Shown here: piece after piece, positions 10,201-20,528 of the stretch
Numbering within the stretch: position 1 is the stretch's first letter
Layout of the letters: every line of letters begins with the position of its first letter
NCBI GenBank assembly: GCA_963788655.1
Contig: CAWBHS010000006.1
Coordinates: 1 to 64,000 of the forward strand
Direction: 5' to 3'
DNA: 64,000 bases
Source of the DNA: an uncultured Verrucomicrobiae bacterium
GTDB lineage: Bacteria > Verrucomicrobiota > Verrucomicrobiia > Limisphaerales > JAFGQR01
Notes under the pieces: model-generated
Databases searched by the model: none
Seen by the model: only the letters and a program-made list of their open reading frames with translations
What the model was told of the DNA's origin: nothing
Program-made: the position numbers and the translations under genes

Positions 10201-11376
10201 ATGCGTGAAACGTTCCGAGCATGGACTGAATCCGTGGAAACGTTTGTTCTGGAGGTCATCCAGGGCGAACGCCGGGGCAAGCTTGCTGCCTTCACCCGGT
10301 TCGCGCTGTTGTCGCTGTCCAAGGTGTTCCAAATGGCCGTCAAGCTGCGGCGGTGGCTGTACGACTGGCGCATCATTCGCGATTACACCATCGGCGTGCA
10401 GGTAATTGCCATTGGCAACCTGACCGTCGGCGGCACCGGCAAAACGCCGGTGGTGGAGAAATTCGCCCGCGAATTGCAGAACGAGGGACGCACTGTGGCC
10501 ATCCTCTCGCGCGGTTACCGCTCGAAACCCACCCCGCTCACCACCAAGCTGGTCAACAAGCTCTTGCTGCGGGAAGACCGCACGCCGCCCCGCGTGGTGT
10601 CCGATGGCAAATCGCTCTTGCTCGACTCCGAAACCGCCGGCGATGAACCTTACATGCTGGCGTCCAATCTCAAGGACGTGATCGTATTGGTGGACAAGGA
10701 CCGCGTAAAAGCCGGCCGCTATGCCATCGAAAAATTCGGGTGCGACACTTTGTTGTTGGATGACGGCTTCCAATACTGGCGTCTCGCCGGCCGGCGGCGC
10801 GACATTGTCTTGATCGACGGCCAGGAACCCTTTGGCAACGGGCGGCTCCTTCCGCGCGGCACCTTGCGTGAACCGCCCTCGCACGTCAGCCGGGCCAGCA
10901 CGATTTTCATCACCAAAAGCGACGGTAACTCCGCGGAATTGCGCCGCCGGATTGCCCACTATAACCCCCGGGCCGGCATCATCGAGTGCGTGCATGACCC
11001 GCTCTATTTCGAGGATGTGTTCACCGGCGAACGGCACGGACTGGAGCTTATTCAAGGCATCAAGATCGCGTCGTTCAGCGGTATTGCCCAGCCGGAGAGC
11101 TTCGAGCGGAGCCTGATCCGCCTGGGCGCCGAATTGGTCTATTCGAAGCGGTTCGCCGACCATCACCGGTTTACCCAGCAGGAAGTGTTGAACGCCGTGA
11201 ACCGCAGCAAGAAACGCCAGGCCGTTGCCATCCTTACTACGCAAAAAGATGCGGTGCGGTTCCCGAAAATCGACCGGCGCGACCTGCCGATCTATTTCAT
11301 GCGGGTGGAAATCAAGATCATCAGCGGCGCCAAAGACTTCCAGGATTGCGTCCGGCAAATCTGCTTCCGTTACTGA
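10201..11376 (+). CDS. lpxK: Tetraacyldisaccharide 4'-kinase
   Basis: [50 protein letters not shown]. Confidence 0.95.
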   Translation: MRETFRAWTESVETFVLEVIQGERRGKLAAFTRFALLSLSKVFQMAVKLRRWLYDWRIIRDYTIGVQVIAIGNLTVGGTGKTPVVEKFARELQNEGRTVAILSRGYRSKPTPLTTKLVNKLLLREDRTPPRVVSDGKSLLLDSETAGDEPYMLASNLKDVIVLVDKDRVKAGRYAIEKFGCDTLLLDDGFQYWRLAGRRRDIVLIDGQEPFGNGRLLPRGTLREPPSHVSRASTIFITKSDGNSAELRRRIAHYNPRAGIIECVHDPLYFEDVFTGERHGLELIQGIKIASFSGIAQPESFERSLIRLGAELVYSKRFADHHRFTQQEVLNAVNRSKKRQAVAILTTQKDAVRFPKIDRRDLPIYFMRVEIKIISGAKDFQDCVRQICFRY

Positions 11377-12333
11377 ATGGACTTCGTGCTTTATTGGCTG
11401 GCCCGGACGCTGATTGGAATACTTCAGTGGCTGCCCTTGCGTATCGTGGCTCGCCTGGGACGGTGGGGCGGCGGCCTGGCCTATTGGCTGGATGCGCGCC
11501 ATCGGCGGGTGGCGATCCAAAACTTGACGATGTGTTTTGGCGCGGAGAAGACGCCGACCGAGATCGTCGCGCTGGCTCGGGAAAACTTCCGGCGGATTGG
11601 AGAAAACTTCGCCTGCGGGGTGCGCACGGCTGCAATGCCGGCGGCGCAACTCCTAACCGTGCTCGAAGTCAGGGGCGCCGAGAAGTTCAACGTCGCCGCC
11701 GACGAACCTCCTCGCTCGTGCATCATGGCGATTGGCCATTTTGGCAACTTTGAAGTCTATGCGCACGGAAGTCATTTTGTTACCGGCTATCAGTTCGCAA
11801 CCACTTACCGGGCGTTGCGTCAACCGGCGTTGAACCGCTTGCTGCAGAGCGTGCGCGCCCAATCCGGCTGCCTGTATTTCGAGCGTTGCACGGAAGCTGG
11901 CGCGTTGCGGACGGCGCTCCATAAACAGCGGCTGATGCTGGGTTTTCTGGCGGATCAACATGGCGGGGACCGCGGGCTCCGGCTGCCATTCTTCGGTCAC
12001 GACTGTTCGATGAGCGCCGCCCCGGCGGTGTACGCTTTGCGCTATCAACTCCCGCTGCACACCGCGATCTGCTTTCGCACGGGCTTGGGCCGCTGGCGTC
12101 TGGAAGTGGGTGACGCCATTCCGATCACGGAGCAGGGTGAGCCGCGTTCTCCGGAAGCGATTTCGGCCGATATCAACCACGCCTTCGAGGTGGCCGTGCG
12201 CCGCGATCCGGCGAATTGGTTTTGGGTCCATCGGCGGTGGAAACCGGGCAAGTATCGGGGCGGGCACCGGCCGGCGACCGTTAAGTCTCCCGTCGAGGAA
12301 ATAACGGCCTCCGACGAGCCAACGACAGGCTGA
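11377..12333 (+). CDS. Lipid A late acyltransferase (LpxL/HtrB family)
   Basis: HFGNFE, LADQ, WFWVHRRWK; abuts lpxK. Confidence 0.9.
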   Translation: MDFVLYWLARTLIGILQWLPLRIVARLGRWGGGLAYWLDARHRRVAIQNLTMCFGAEKTPTEIVALARENFRRIGENFACGVRTAAMPAAQLLTVLEVRGAEKFNVAADEPPRSCIMAIGHFGNFEVYAHGSHFVTGYQFATTYRALRQPALNRLLQSVRAQSGCLYFERCTEAGALRTALHKQRLMLGFLADQHGGDRGLRLPFFGHDCSMSAAPAVYALRYQLPLHTAICFRTGLGRWRLEVGDAIPITEQGEPRSPEAISADINHAFEVAVRRDPANWFWVHRRWKPGKYRGGHRPATVKSPVEEITASDEPTTG

Positions 12334-12337
12334 CACC

Positions 12338-13486
12338 ATGCTGGACGCTGCTCTATCGCCTCCTGACAAGCTGCTGCCGGTGGACCGCATTCTGGTCCGT
12401 AGTACCAATTGGCTGGGCGATGCCGTCATGAGCACACCGGCGTTATTGCGTTTGCGCGAAGCCTATCCCAAAGCGCACATCGTCCTGCTCACTGCCGCAA
12501 AACTCGAGAAACTCTGGCTCCATCACCTGGCCGTGGACGCGGTAATTAGTTTTACGCCGAAAGACAGTGTGTGGCGGATCGGTCGGGAATTGCGCCGGGG
12601 TAAGTTTGACTTGGCGCTGGTATTGCCCAATTCCCCGCGATCAGCGTTCGAGGTCTTTTGGGCCGGCATTCCGCGGCGCGTCGGCTACGCTCGTCCCTGG
12701 CGCGGTTGGCTGCTGTCGCATCAGGTCCCACCTTGGCCCGGTGAAGTTAAAATGCGCCAGCGTCCCATCACGGAGATTCGACGGCTGATTGGAGCCCGTC
12801 CGGTTACCCCTCCCCCACCCTCTTTTGGAGCGCACCACTTGTTCCAATACCTCCACCTCGTCGCCGCGGTCGGGGCCAGCCCAGTTCCGCTGGCGCCTGA
12901 GCTGATGCTTACCGAAACGGAACTCGAAGAAGCTGCCCCCTTGCTTCAAACCGCTACGGACGCGCCGCCATTCTGGCTGGGACTCAATCCTGGCGCAGCC
13001 TTCGGACCGGCGAAGCGTTGGCCCGAAGATCGATTCGTCGCCGCAGCGGCCGCTGTTCATCAACAAACGAAGTGCGGGTGCGTGGTCGTGGGCGGGGCCA
13101 ACGATGTCGAAGCCGCCACCGGCATGATGCAGCAACTGCAGCGGGCGAAGGTAACGCCCTTGATCAACCTGGCCAGCCGCACCACCTTGCGGCAATTATG
13201 CGCGGTCCTGAAACTTTGCCGCGTAGTCCTGACCAATGACTCGGGTCCCATGCACGTTGCCGCGGCAGTGGGTACACCGGTGGTCGTGCCCTTTGGCAGT
13301 ACGTCCCCCGAGTTGACCGGTCCCAGCTTGCCCGGCAGCCCGGGACATTCGTTGCTGTCGGCCCGAGTGGCTTGCGCCCCGTGTTTCCGGCGACAGTGCC
13401 CGATTGATTTCCGATGCATGACCCGCATCACCGTCGAGCAAGTCGTGACGGCCATTTTACATCGCGTGCGGGCCAGCGGCGGGTGA
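12338..13486 (+). CDS. waaF: LPS heptosyltransferase II (GT9)
   Basis: NWLGDAVM, NPGAAFGPAKRW, TNDSGPMHVAAA, CAPCFRRQCP. Confidence 0.9.
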   Translation: MLDAALSPPDKLLPVDRILVRSTNWLGDAVMSTPALLRLREAYPKAHIVLLTAAKLEKLWLHHLAVDAVISFTPKDSVWRIGRELRRGKFDLALVLPNSPRSAFEVFWAGIPRRVGYARPWRGWLLSHQVPPWPGEVKMRQRPITEIRRLIGARPVTPPPPSFGAHHLFQYLHLVAAVGASPVPLAPELMLTETELEEAAPLLQTATDAPPFWLGLNPGAAFGPAKRWPEDRFVAAAAAVHQQTKCGCVVVGGANDVEAATGMMQQLQRAKVTPLINLASRTTLRQLCAVLKLCRVVLTNDSGPMHVAAAVGTPVVVPFGSTSPELTGPSLPGSPGHSLLSARVACAPCFRRQCPIDFRCMTRITVEQVVTAILHRVRASGG

Positions 13487-13504
13487 AGTCGTATCCCGGC
13501 AACG

Positions 13505-14143
13505 TCAAGGCGCCAAACGCTCGATGATCCAGTCGCCAGCCGGTTGGCGAACGTAGTGGTACCGGTCATGCAAGCGGTTGGCCCGGCCCTGCCAAAATTC
13601 GAATTCGTCCGGCACCACGCGATACCCGCCCCAGAACGACGGCAGCGGCACCTGTCCGTTGGAAAATTTACGCTTCATCTCATCCCATTTCATTTCCAGA
13701 ATTTTCCGGGACGTAATCACGCTGCTTTGCGGCGAGGACCAGGCGGCCAACTGGCTGCCCAATGGCCGTGTGACGAAATAGGCGATCGATTCCGCGGTCG
13801 AGATTCGTTCCACGCGTCCGTTGATGATCACTTGGCGCTCCAGTCCCAGCCAGGGGAAGAGCAGGCAGGCATGCGGATTTTCGGCGATCTGTTTGGCCTT
13901 CTTGCTTTCCAGGTTGGTGAAAAAGACAAAGCCGCGCGGGTCGTATTGCTTGAGCAAGACGGTGCGCACACTGGGCCGGCCATCGGCGCCGGCGGTGGCC
14001 AGACTCAGCGCGTTGGGCTCCAGAATTTTCGCCTGGCAAGCCTGTTCGAACCAGAGCGTGAACTGGTCGGTGGGATCCGGCTTCAGATCGTCCCGATTGA
14101 TTCCCGCGCTGGTGTAATCCGCGCGCATGTCAGCAATATTCAT
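13505..14143 (-). CDS. pdxH: Pyridoxamine 5'-phosphate oxidase
   Basis: RTVLLK, FFTNLESKK, WGGYRV, EFWQGRANRLHDR. Confidence 0.95.
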   Translation of the reverse strand: MNIADMRADYTSAGINRDDLKPDPTDQFTLWFEQACQAKILEPNALSLATAGADGRPSVRTVLLKQYDPRGFVFFTNLESKKAKQIAENPHACLLFPWLGLERQVIINGRVERISTAESIAYFVTRPLGSQLAAWSSPQSSVITSRKILEMKWDEMKRKFSNGQVPLPSFWGGYRVVPDEFEFWQGRANRLHDRYHYVRQPAGDWIIERLAP

Positions 14144-14198
14144 AAACAAATAACGGGGGAGACTATCGCAATCGCCGAGCGGGAACCTCAATCCTGGT

Positions 14199-14266
14199 TT
14201 TACACAAGCTTAACAATTCTCTGGTCGGACCCAAACAGTCGCTTAACATTCGCGGGGTCTTATGGT
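14199..14266 (+). promoter_or_regulatory. Phased TTWACA repeats plus -10 element (possible OmpR-family activated promoter)
   Basis: TTTACA 14199, TTAACA 14210, TTAACA 14243 (spacings 11 and 33); TATGGT at 14261. Confidence 0.4.
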
Positions 14267-14302
14267 GTAGAGACAAATGAAACTCTAGAAAGGTATAAGA
14301 AC

Positions 14303-15342
14303 ATGAAACGAACATTATTCATCATGGCGCTGACAGTTGGCTTGTCCGCGCTGAACACAATGGCCGCCGCCGAGGGTGACGCTCCACGCCGGGAAGACAA
14401 TTCTCCACGCGGTGATCGGCCGCGAATTCAGCGCGAAGAGCGTGACCGCGATGGGGACCGGGAAAGAGACGAAGCGCGCCCAGTGCGCCGAGAGGATCAG
14501 GCAAGAAATGAACGCGGTGACCGCGAAGCTGGTGATCGTCCGGAAGCGCGGAACACCGAGCAGGAACGAGATCGTGAAGAAGCGCGTCCGGCAGAACGGG
14601 ATGATGACGATCTGGCCACCCCGCCCGAAAGGTTTGGTCGGGGACGCGGTTTTGGTGGTATGGGCCGGGTGGAATGGGGATGGGAATGGGACCGCGCGGA
14701 ATGGCAGCGAATCGAGATCAGGATGACGATGAAGCCATGCCGATGGGCCGCGGCATGGGGCCGCGTGGGCGTTTTGGTATGGGCAGGGGCATGGGCTTCG
14801 GACCTCGCGCCATGGCGGCGAAACCGGAACAAAAGGACGATGATGCGGCGCCTCCCCGCCGGATGGTGCGGCAGGAACGTCGTGTGATCCAGGGTGGTCC
14901 TGCGTTGCGAGGCGGAGGCCGCGGGGCTGGGTTAGGCCCGCGTGCCGCCCAACGCGGCAACTTCCAACGGCCACAACAACGTTTCTGTCCGTGCTGCGGA
15001 TGCCCGTTGGGTCCAATGGCCGGCCAAGGCCAGCAGGCCCGGGGTCCGAGATTCGGTCGCGGCGCGGGCTGGCAAGGTGGCCCGGCGATGAATCGTGGTG
15101 GACAAGTTCAAGGCCGTATGGGATTGGGTCCCATGGCTCAGGGGCGGGGCTTTGGCCCGCGGGCAATGGCACAGAATCGCGGCCCACGCGGCAACGGCTT
15201 CGGCCCCGCTTGGCGCAATAGTCGGGGGCCGGGCGGGCCGAACGGTCCGCAAGCCGGATTCGGGCCGGGTGGACGACGGTTTGGCCCGCAAGGTCGGGGG
15301 CCGGGCTTTGGTGCGCCGACTTGGGATGATGACGACCGGTAA
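14303..15342 (+). CDS. Secreted low-complexity protein (R/D/E-rich, then G/P/R/M-rich); one frameshift near 14665
   Basis: Signal peptide MKRTLFIMALTVGLSALNTMAAA. Joining ORFs 13544 and 14674 at cgggtgga restores GMGRGGMGMG. Followed by a terminator. Confidence 0.75.
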
Positions 15343-15364
15343 ACGGGACCATAACTCGAACACA

Positions 15365-15396
15365 CCGGGCGGAACAATCCGCCCGGTTTTCATTTA
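15365..15396 (+). terminator. Intrinsic terminator
   Basis: accgggcgga-acaa-tccgcccggt followed by T-rich tract. Confidence 0.8.
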
Positions 15397-15448
15397 CGTC
15401 CGGAGCACGGATGCCTTCATCCGCGCGAACTTACTCGTCAGACTGCAA

Positions 15449-15731
15449 GGGTGGCCCACGCTGTTTGGCAACGCAGATTCTCAATCTGCTTGGCGCAATG
15501 ACCATTCAGGTCAGCTTCGGAGTTTCGAACGGTTTGCCGAATGCAATTCGGCGATACAGCAGAGTGTAACTCTGCGCTACCAGGCTGGCGCCACACCGTA
15601 GCTCCATCTGCGACTTCCTCCCCAGGCGACTTGTGCTCCCTCAAGGTAGGGAGCGCCGTCCTCTCTGCGCCACCGAGCGTTGCCGGACGTCCTCTCGCAC
15701 TCGCGGCGCGCACGGAGTGACGCGCCCTACC
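15449..15731. repeat. Cluster of REP-like palindromes (two families)
   Basis: cgcagattctcaatctgc ... gcagagtgtaactctgcgctac and ggtagggagcgccgtcc ... gacgcgccctacc inverted pairs. Confidence 0.65.
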
Positions 15732-15765
15732 GTTCGCCGGTTCAGGAATTTGCTGCGGAAAGAAA

Positions 15766-17595
15766 TTACTTTGAACCTCCGACTTTCTTGGCGGTCGGTG
15801 ACTCATAAACCTCCAACTCAGCAATGGCCATTTGTGCCCCCGGTTGATTCGGACCATCGGGTTTCAAGGCGCCTACCCGGACGTACTCGGCGTTGACGGG
15901 TGCAAATTCGCACGAGTACGGCTGACCATCGTGGTTCTCGACCGCCGCCACGGTTTGCCAGGTTTTGCGGTCGGGGGAAACTTGCATGCGGAACTTCGTT
16001 GCAAAGCCGTCCGGGGCAAAGCTGACTTTAACGCGGGAAAGCGCGTGAATTTCCAAAAGATCCACTTCGTAAGTCCACGGCCATTCGCCAGCGGCCAACG
16101 CCGTGGTTTGCAGCTTTCCATCCACGCCAAGTTTCGGGTAGTGCGAGTATCCGCCGCCGCCGTTGACCACCAATTCGTGCGTACCATCAAGACTCAGTAA
16201 CCTGGCCGGTTTGCGAAATGCCAGATTGCCGGGCGGCACGGGCTCGTGGTTCCGATTGGCCGCCAGCGCGGAACGCAACGCTTTCAAGACCTCCAATTGC
16301 GAGCGGTCCAGCCCCCCGTCACGATACAGCAGCACATCGATCGACACCACGCCGCCGAGCCAGTTCACATCCGAAACGTAATCGCCCAAATCCTGCTTCG
16401 AGTATTTGCAGCCCGGCATGCCCCAGCCCTGCGCCGAGCATCCCATGAAGGAAAGCAGATGCCATTGCTCGCCATCAACCCATCGCCCGGCCGGCAAATC
16501 GTGGAAGGCGTTTTGTTCGCCGGTGGTGAAATCCTCGTGACGCGAATAACCCCGCACCTTGTCCTGCACGCCGGGATTCAACGCAATGATACGTTGGGGA
16601 TTTCCCGCCTTGAGGGCGCGAGCCAGGAGGCCGAGTTTGGCGTCGTCATAACCAATCCACGGATAACAACCGTCCACCCACCAGCCCGCGACTTTTTCGC
16701 CGTAACGTTTCCCATACTCCTGCACGACCGACGCCCATTTCGTCACGTAGTCCGTGCTGACCTTGCCGGTCCAGCCCATCGCAGCGGCGGCTTTGGCATC
16801 CTGCCGCGGGCCGTCGCCAGTCCAATAGAGCAGGAGCGGAATGTTTTGCTGATGCAGTGCCTGATAGAGGTCTTCCACCAAGTCACGAGTTGCGCACGCC
16901 TCGCCCGGCTGGTAACCGGTGAGCCGGTCAAACGTCTGGTTCGGGGCAATCAGAAACCGCGTCCGCTGGTGCATGGTGAAGATGACATACCCGGCCCCCG
17001 CCTGCACCATGGCGTTGGCGAAACGGTTGACATCAAACTCGCGAACACACTCGTCCCAGGAAGTCTGCCGGCCCAAGCTCTGAATTTGGTTCGAGTCGTT
17101 TTGCAAATCCCACAAGTAATGCACGAACACGCCGTAACCGGCCTTCTGAAACCAGTCCGTGTTGGGATTGCGGGGTTCAGCGCAAACCGTCCAACCGCTG
17201 CTGATCAGCACGCCCAGAACAAGCAGCAGGTGGAGCACATGGCTCTGCCACCAATTCCTTGTAGCAGCCGAGGTGACGAGGCTCATTTTTCTATGGACAT
17301 CTCCAGGCGTGCGCAAGAGTGAGCCACCTGTTCGGGCGCTCTGTTTCCCCTCACCCTGACCCTCTCCCCCGGGGAGAGGGAAAAGCCGATGGCGCGCTCC
17401 GTTGGTTTGGTAATTCCGTTGCTGAAACCACCGGGCTCGTTTCCGATTAGCTTCGCCCTCTGAATAGCGCGGCACATGGTGCTCCCTCTCCCTGGGGGAG
17501 AGGGCCGGGGTGAGGGGAAAGGAGATGTTCACCGGTAGATACGCGGCAGTTCCCGCGCATCGCTGAAACAACGGAGATGGCTTCGAGTCAGTCAT
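15766..17595 (-). CDS. Secreted alpha-L-fucosidase-like (GH29-like TIM barrel) with C-terminal F5/8 type C domain
   Basis: WFQKAGYGVFVHY, AGAGYVIFT, GWWVDG, IAELEVY. Start uncertain (17595 or ~17286) because REP elements lie in frame. Confidence 0.75.
   Translation of the reverse strand: MTDSKPSPLFQRCAGTAAYLPVNISFPLTPALSPREREHHVPRYSEGEANRKRARWFQQRNYQTNGARHRLFPLPGGEGQGEGKQSARTGGSLLRTPGDVHRKMSLVTSAATRNWWQSHVLHLLLVLGVLISSGWTVCAEPRNPNTDWFQKAGYGVFVHYLWDLQNDSNQIQSLGRQTSWDECVREFDVNRFANAMVQAGAGYVIFTMHQRTRFLIAPNQTFDRLTGYQPGEACATRDLVEDLYQALHQQNIPLLLYWTGDGPRQDAKAAAAMGWTGKVSTDYVTKWASVVQEYGKRYGEKVAGWWVDGCYPWIGYDDAKLGLLARALKAGNPQRIIALNPGVQDKVRGYSRHEDFTTGEQNAFHDLPAGRWVDGEQWHLLSFMGCSAQGWGMPGCKYSKQDLGDYVSDVNWLGGVVSIDVLLYRDGGLDRSQLEVLKALRSALAANRNHEPVPPGNLAFRKPARLLSLDGTHELVVNGGGGYSHYPKLGVDGKLQTTALAAGEWPWTYEVDLLEIHALSRVKVSFAPDGFATKFRMQVSPDRKTWQTVAAVENHDGQPYSCEFAPVNAEYVRVGALKPDGPNQPGAQMAIAELEVYESPTAKKVGGSK
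17345..17520. repeat. Inverted pair of CCCTCACCC..CCCTCTCCC..GGGAGAGGG palindromes
   Basis: Two inverted copies; the same family recurs at 24312-24488. Confidence 0.85.
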
Positions 17596-17600
17596 AGTTT

Positions 17601-17939
17601 CTAGTTCTTGGCTTTGCCGGTGATTGATGACTCTTCGGCATCCACCGGTAATGCGGTTAACGATTCATCCGGCCGATCCCAAAGCCGGTTAATTACGAAC
17701 AGCAGCAGCAAACCACTGGCAACAAACATCGCCGTCAGCAACCCTCCTTGTAACATTCGGCCATACAGAAAACTACCCATCGCAAACAGCGCGGACCAGA
17801 TTACCGCACAGCCCACCGTCGGGTCCAGTCATCGGACCCGAAAGCTTATCCACCAATGCGCCCAATCCGCCCACGTGGTTCACAAGCAAACGCACAAGGA
17901 AGCCAGAATGATGAGCCAGTCAATGAGTTCCAGTTTCAT
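17601..17939 (-). pseudogene. Internally deleted sodium:solute symporter relic
   Basis: N-terminal MKLELIDWLIILASLCVC (ATGA overlap with upstream stop), middle VNHVGGLGALVDKL, C-terminal GCAVIWSALFAMGSFLYG. Confidence 0.7.
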
Positions 17940-19594
17940 GAGTCCGACCAGTAGGCGCCAAACCGCGCCGGATTGTCTTCGTTTAAAAAGTCTGGAGCCG
18001 CTGCGTCCGGCTCGCTCAACGCAGCTTTAGCCCGCCGCCAAAGTTCGGTGCGCACGTACCGCTGATGTTCGCGCGGCCAATTTGTTTCCGTGAGCAGCCG
18101 AATGGCTTCAGCCGGTTGACCAATGGCGCAGGCCAGGTTCGCTCGACGCTCGACGATCAAGCGATGTTGGGGAGCGCGGGACAGCAGTGGTTCACGTTTT
18201 TCTGTTGGGCCGAGTTCCTCATACAGTTCGTCCAACTCGACCACCGCGATGAGATCGTCCAGCGGTCCGGCTTCGAGAGGGGTGACTGCCGCTTCGGGGG
18301 CCTGCAATGCTCTCCATAAAATCAGCCCAGCGATTCGTTGAGCCGCTGGTTGGGTGGAATCTTTCACCAGCGGCAACGCCTCGGCAGGGCGTCCATGGAA
18401 GGCGAGCCACAATGCCAACGGTTCGGCGGCATTCGGGTTCCCTTGATCCAATTCCCGGCGCAACTCCGCTTCGAGGTCAATGCCCGTGGGGATCATTGAG
18501 TTGGGCAATGCGCTCTCGCCGGAACGGAACCGTTCCCATTCGGTTTGCCACGATGAGTGTTGCCAACCCAGCCACGGCTCCGGCCAAGGCGGCAAGTCGA
18601 GTTGGGGCAGGGATGGCTCTTCAAAGTCGGCGCGCGAATGCACGGGCACCCAGTATTCTTCGTAGCGCCGTTCGGTACCGTGAGGAAACAGCGGCTTCTC
18701 GCTTTGATCGAGCAGCGGACCGCTTTCAAGCTCGGCGTAGGACAAGCCGCCTTCCGTGGTGGCCTGGCCCCAAACCCGATGTTGACCATGCCCGTAGGAC
18801 CAGACTTTCTTGCCCGGCAGTTGCGCCGGATCGGCCAGGTGCATCAGGCCGAAGCCCAGTTCATGGTGGAACACGCCAAACTGCGGGGCGCTGCCGGGCT
18901 TCCAAAACAGCGCCGTCATCTGGCGGAGGTTGCGGTCCCAGTTCAAGCCCGCGCCCGGCCAGTCGACCTCCTCGATACGATGATCATGCACCAGCACGCG
19001 ATGCGGCGGATGCACAAACTCGGTGTCTTCGGTCGAGCGCACGGCGGCAATGGTCCACGCCATCCATGGGTGGTCGGTGCCGGATTGATTGCGGAAAGCG
19101 GTGCGCTGCACGAGGACCGGACTGCCTTCGACGAGCCCCAGTTCCACCACCCATTCCATGCCCGTGCGCGCCTCGCGTTCGCCCACGCGAATGAAACCAT
19201 AATTGCCAACCTGCCCCGTGGCACAACCCACTTCGGCCAGTGAGGTCGGCGAGTGCGCGATGGGAAAATTGAATTCGATGCCGCCGGAAATGAATCCCCA
19301 GATTGGCAGAATTCGCACCGGTTTGATCACCGGATTGCTGAACAGAATTTCCTTCCCGATACGTTTGTCGAACAGACTATAAACGCGACCGCCCAATTCC
19401 GGCGCCACTTCGATCCGCAGAAAATCGTTCTCCAAAACGACCATGCGAAACGCGCGGGGCACCGGAGTGACGGCGGTGTCACCATAACTGGTGTAAGGGA
19501 AGAGATGTTCGCGGTGATAAAGCAGCGGCAAGCTCGTCAACGGCACGGGCCGATAGAACGGAAGCGTACGCAATGTCTGCTGAATGTGGATCAC
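17936..19594 (-). CDS. DUF5107 domain protein with TPR-like C-terminus
   Basis: LENDFLRIEVAPELGGRV, ISGGIEFNFP, PGKKVWSYG. Confidence 0.85.
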   Translation of the reverse strand: MIHIQQTLRTLPFYRPVPLTSLPLLYHREHLFPYTSYGDTAVTPVPRAFRMVVLENDFLRIEVAPELGGRVYSLFDKRIGKEILFSNPVIKPVRILPIWGFISGGIEFNFPIAHSPTSLAEVGCATGQVGNYGFIRVGEREARTGMEWVVELGLVEGSPVLVQRTAFRNQSGTDHPWMAWTIAAVRSTEDTEFVHPPHRVLVHDHRIEEVDWPGAGLNWDRNLRQMTALFWKPGSAPQFGVFHHELGFGLMHLADPAQLPGKKVWSYGHGQHRVWGQATTEGGLSYAELESGPLLDQSEKPLFPHGTERRYEEYWVPVHSRADFEEPSLPQLDLPPWPEPWLGWQHSSWQTEWERFRSGESALPNSMIPTGIDLEAELRRELDQGNPNAAEPLALWLAFHGRPAEALPLVKDSTQPAAQRIAGLILWRALQAPEAAVTPLEAGPLDDLIAVVELDELYEELGPTEKREPLLSRAPQHRLIVERRANLACAIGQPAEAIRLLTETNWPREHQRYVRTELWRRAKAALSEPDAAAPDFLNEDNPARFGAYWSDS

Positions 19595-19669
19595 AATGCG
19601 CGCCAGTGTGCCGGAACCGCCACGCCAACGACAACTGGAAATTGTCGGGTAGCGCGCCGCCATCAACGC

Positions 19670-19842
19670 CGGTAGGGCAAGACTCCGTCGAGCCCTGACT
19701 TTTCCTGAGCGTGTCCATCAACCCAATGCCGGGCAGAGGGAAAGCTTTGATATTCGAAGGCCGAACGCTTACCACGTTGACGCTGCCAAGTATGCGCAAA
19801 CGCTTCGGGGAAGTCAGGGCTCGCCGGAGCCTCGCCCTACCG
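19670..19842. repeat. GTAG-type REP inverted pair
   Basis: ggtagggcaagactccgtcgagccctgactt ... aagtcagggctcgccggagcctcgccctacc; same family at 45252-45421. Confidence 0.85.
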
Positions 19843-19913
19843 GGCAGCAGAAGAAGAGTGCCCCAAGCCCGCGCTCTGGTACAACTGAAATGAAGATAGT
19901 CGCAACGGAACCG

Positions 19914-20288
19914 CTACTTGCGCCGCAGCACTAATCCCAGAAGCAGCCCCGTGCCGAACGCAACTCCCAGCGCCGAAAGACTGATCGCCCGCCATGCTCC
20001 CACCGGTATCGAGCCGGCAGCGAATGCCACTCCGTAGGCGTTCCCAGCCGGTTGCTTTAAAAAACCAGAAGCATTCGCGGGTTGTTCGGCGGCCTGCGCT
20101 TGAAGTTGTTCCGTGGTAATTTTGATTCGCTGCAGCAGCTCCTGCAACTCGCCTTTGCGTTTTTGCGAGAGACTGCTTTTGACGGTTTGGACCAACTCGT
20201 CAGCCCGGTTGGCGGTAGTCGTCAATTCCGTGACAATCTGATCGATGGGCCGCTCCGGCGAATTTGATTCCTGATCCTGTGCGCTCAT
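19914..20288 (-). CDS. DUF883/ElaB-like tail-anchored small protein
   Basis: Helical N-terminus; C-terminal GVAFGTGLLLGLVLRRK. Confidence 0.6.
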   Translation of the reverse strand: MSAQDQESNSPERPIDQIVTELTTTANRADELVQTVKSSLSQKRKGELQELLQRIKITTEQLQAQAAEQPANASGFLKQPAGNAYGVAFAAGSIPVGAWRAISLSALGVAFGTGLLLGLVLRRK

Positions 20289-20528
20289 GTTCGTGCGCAA
20301 CTATCTCCTCAATCGGCGCCGGGCGCAAAGAGTTTTGTGATCTGGTTAGCCGAAACCATTCTCTGCGGGTGGCCCAAAAGCCATAGCCAGCCACCGCATC
20401 TTGCTGGCTCGAATGTTGCGTAGCGACCACTCGGCAAAGCGCCGCAAACTCGCTTTGATCGAGATGGCGGCGCACTCCCGAGATGCTGCTTCGGTTTGGC
20501 GTAAGCCAAGAACAGGCACCTGCCTTCG

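Noticed and set aside
10141..11649. Long antisense ORFs (also 24639-26315, 32960-34294, 47451-48776, 51922-53232)
   Set aside because: Shadows of well-supported opposite-strand genes, common in high-GC DNA.
13544..14302. N-terminal 253 aa of ORF 13544-14887
   Set aside because: Antisense to pdxH; the real gene starts at 14303 with a signal peptide.
14674..15342. Collagen-like protein
   Set aside because: Gly is not in continuous Gly-X-Y register.
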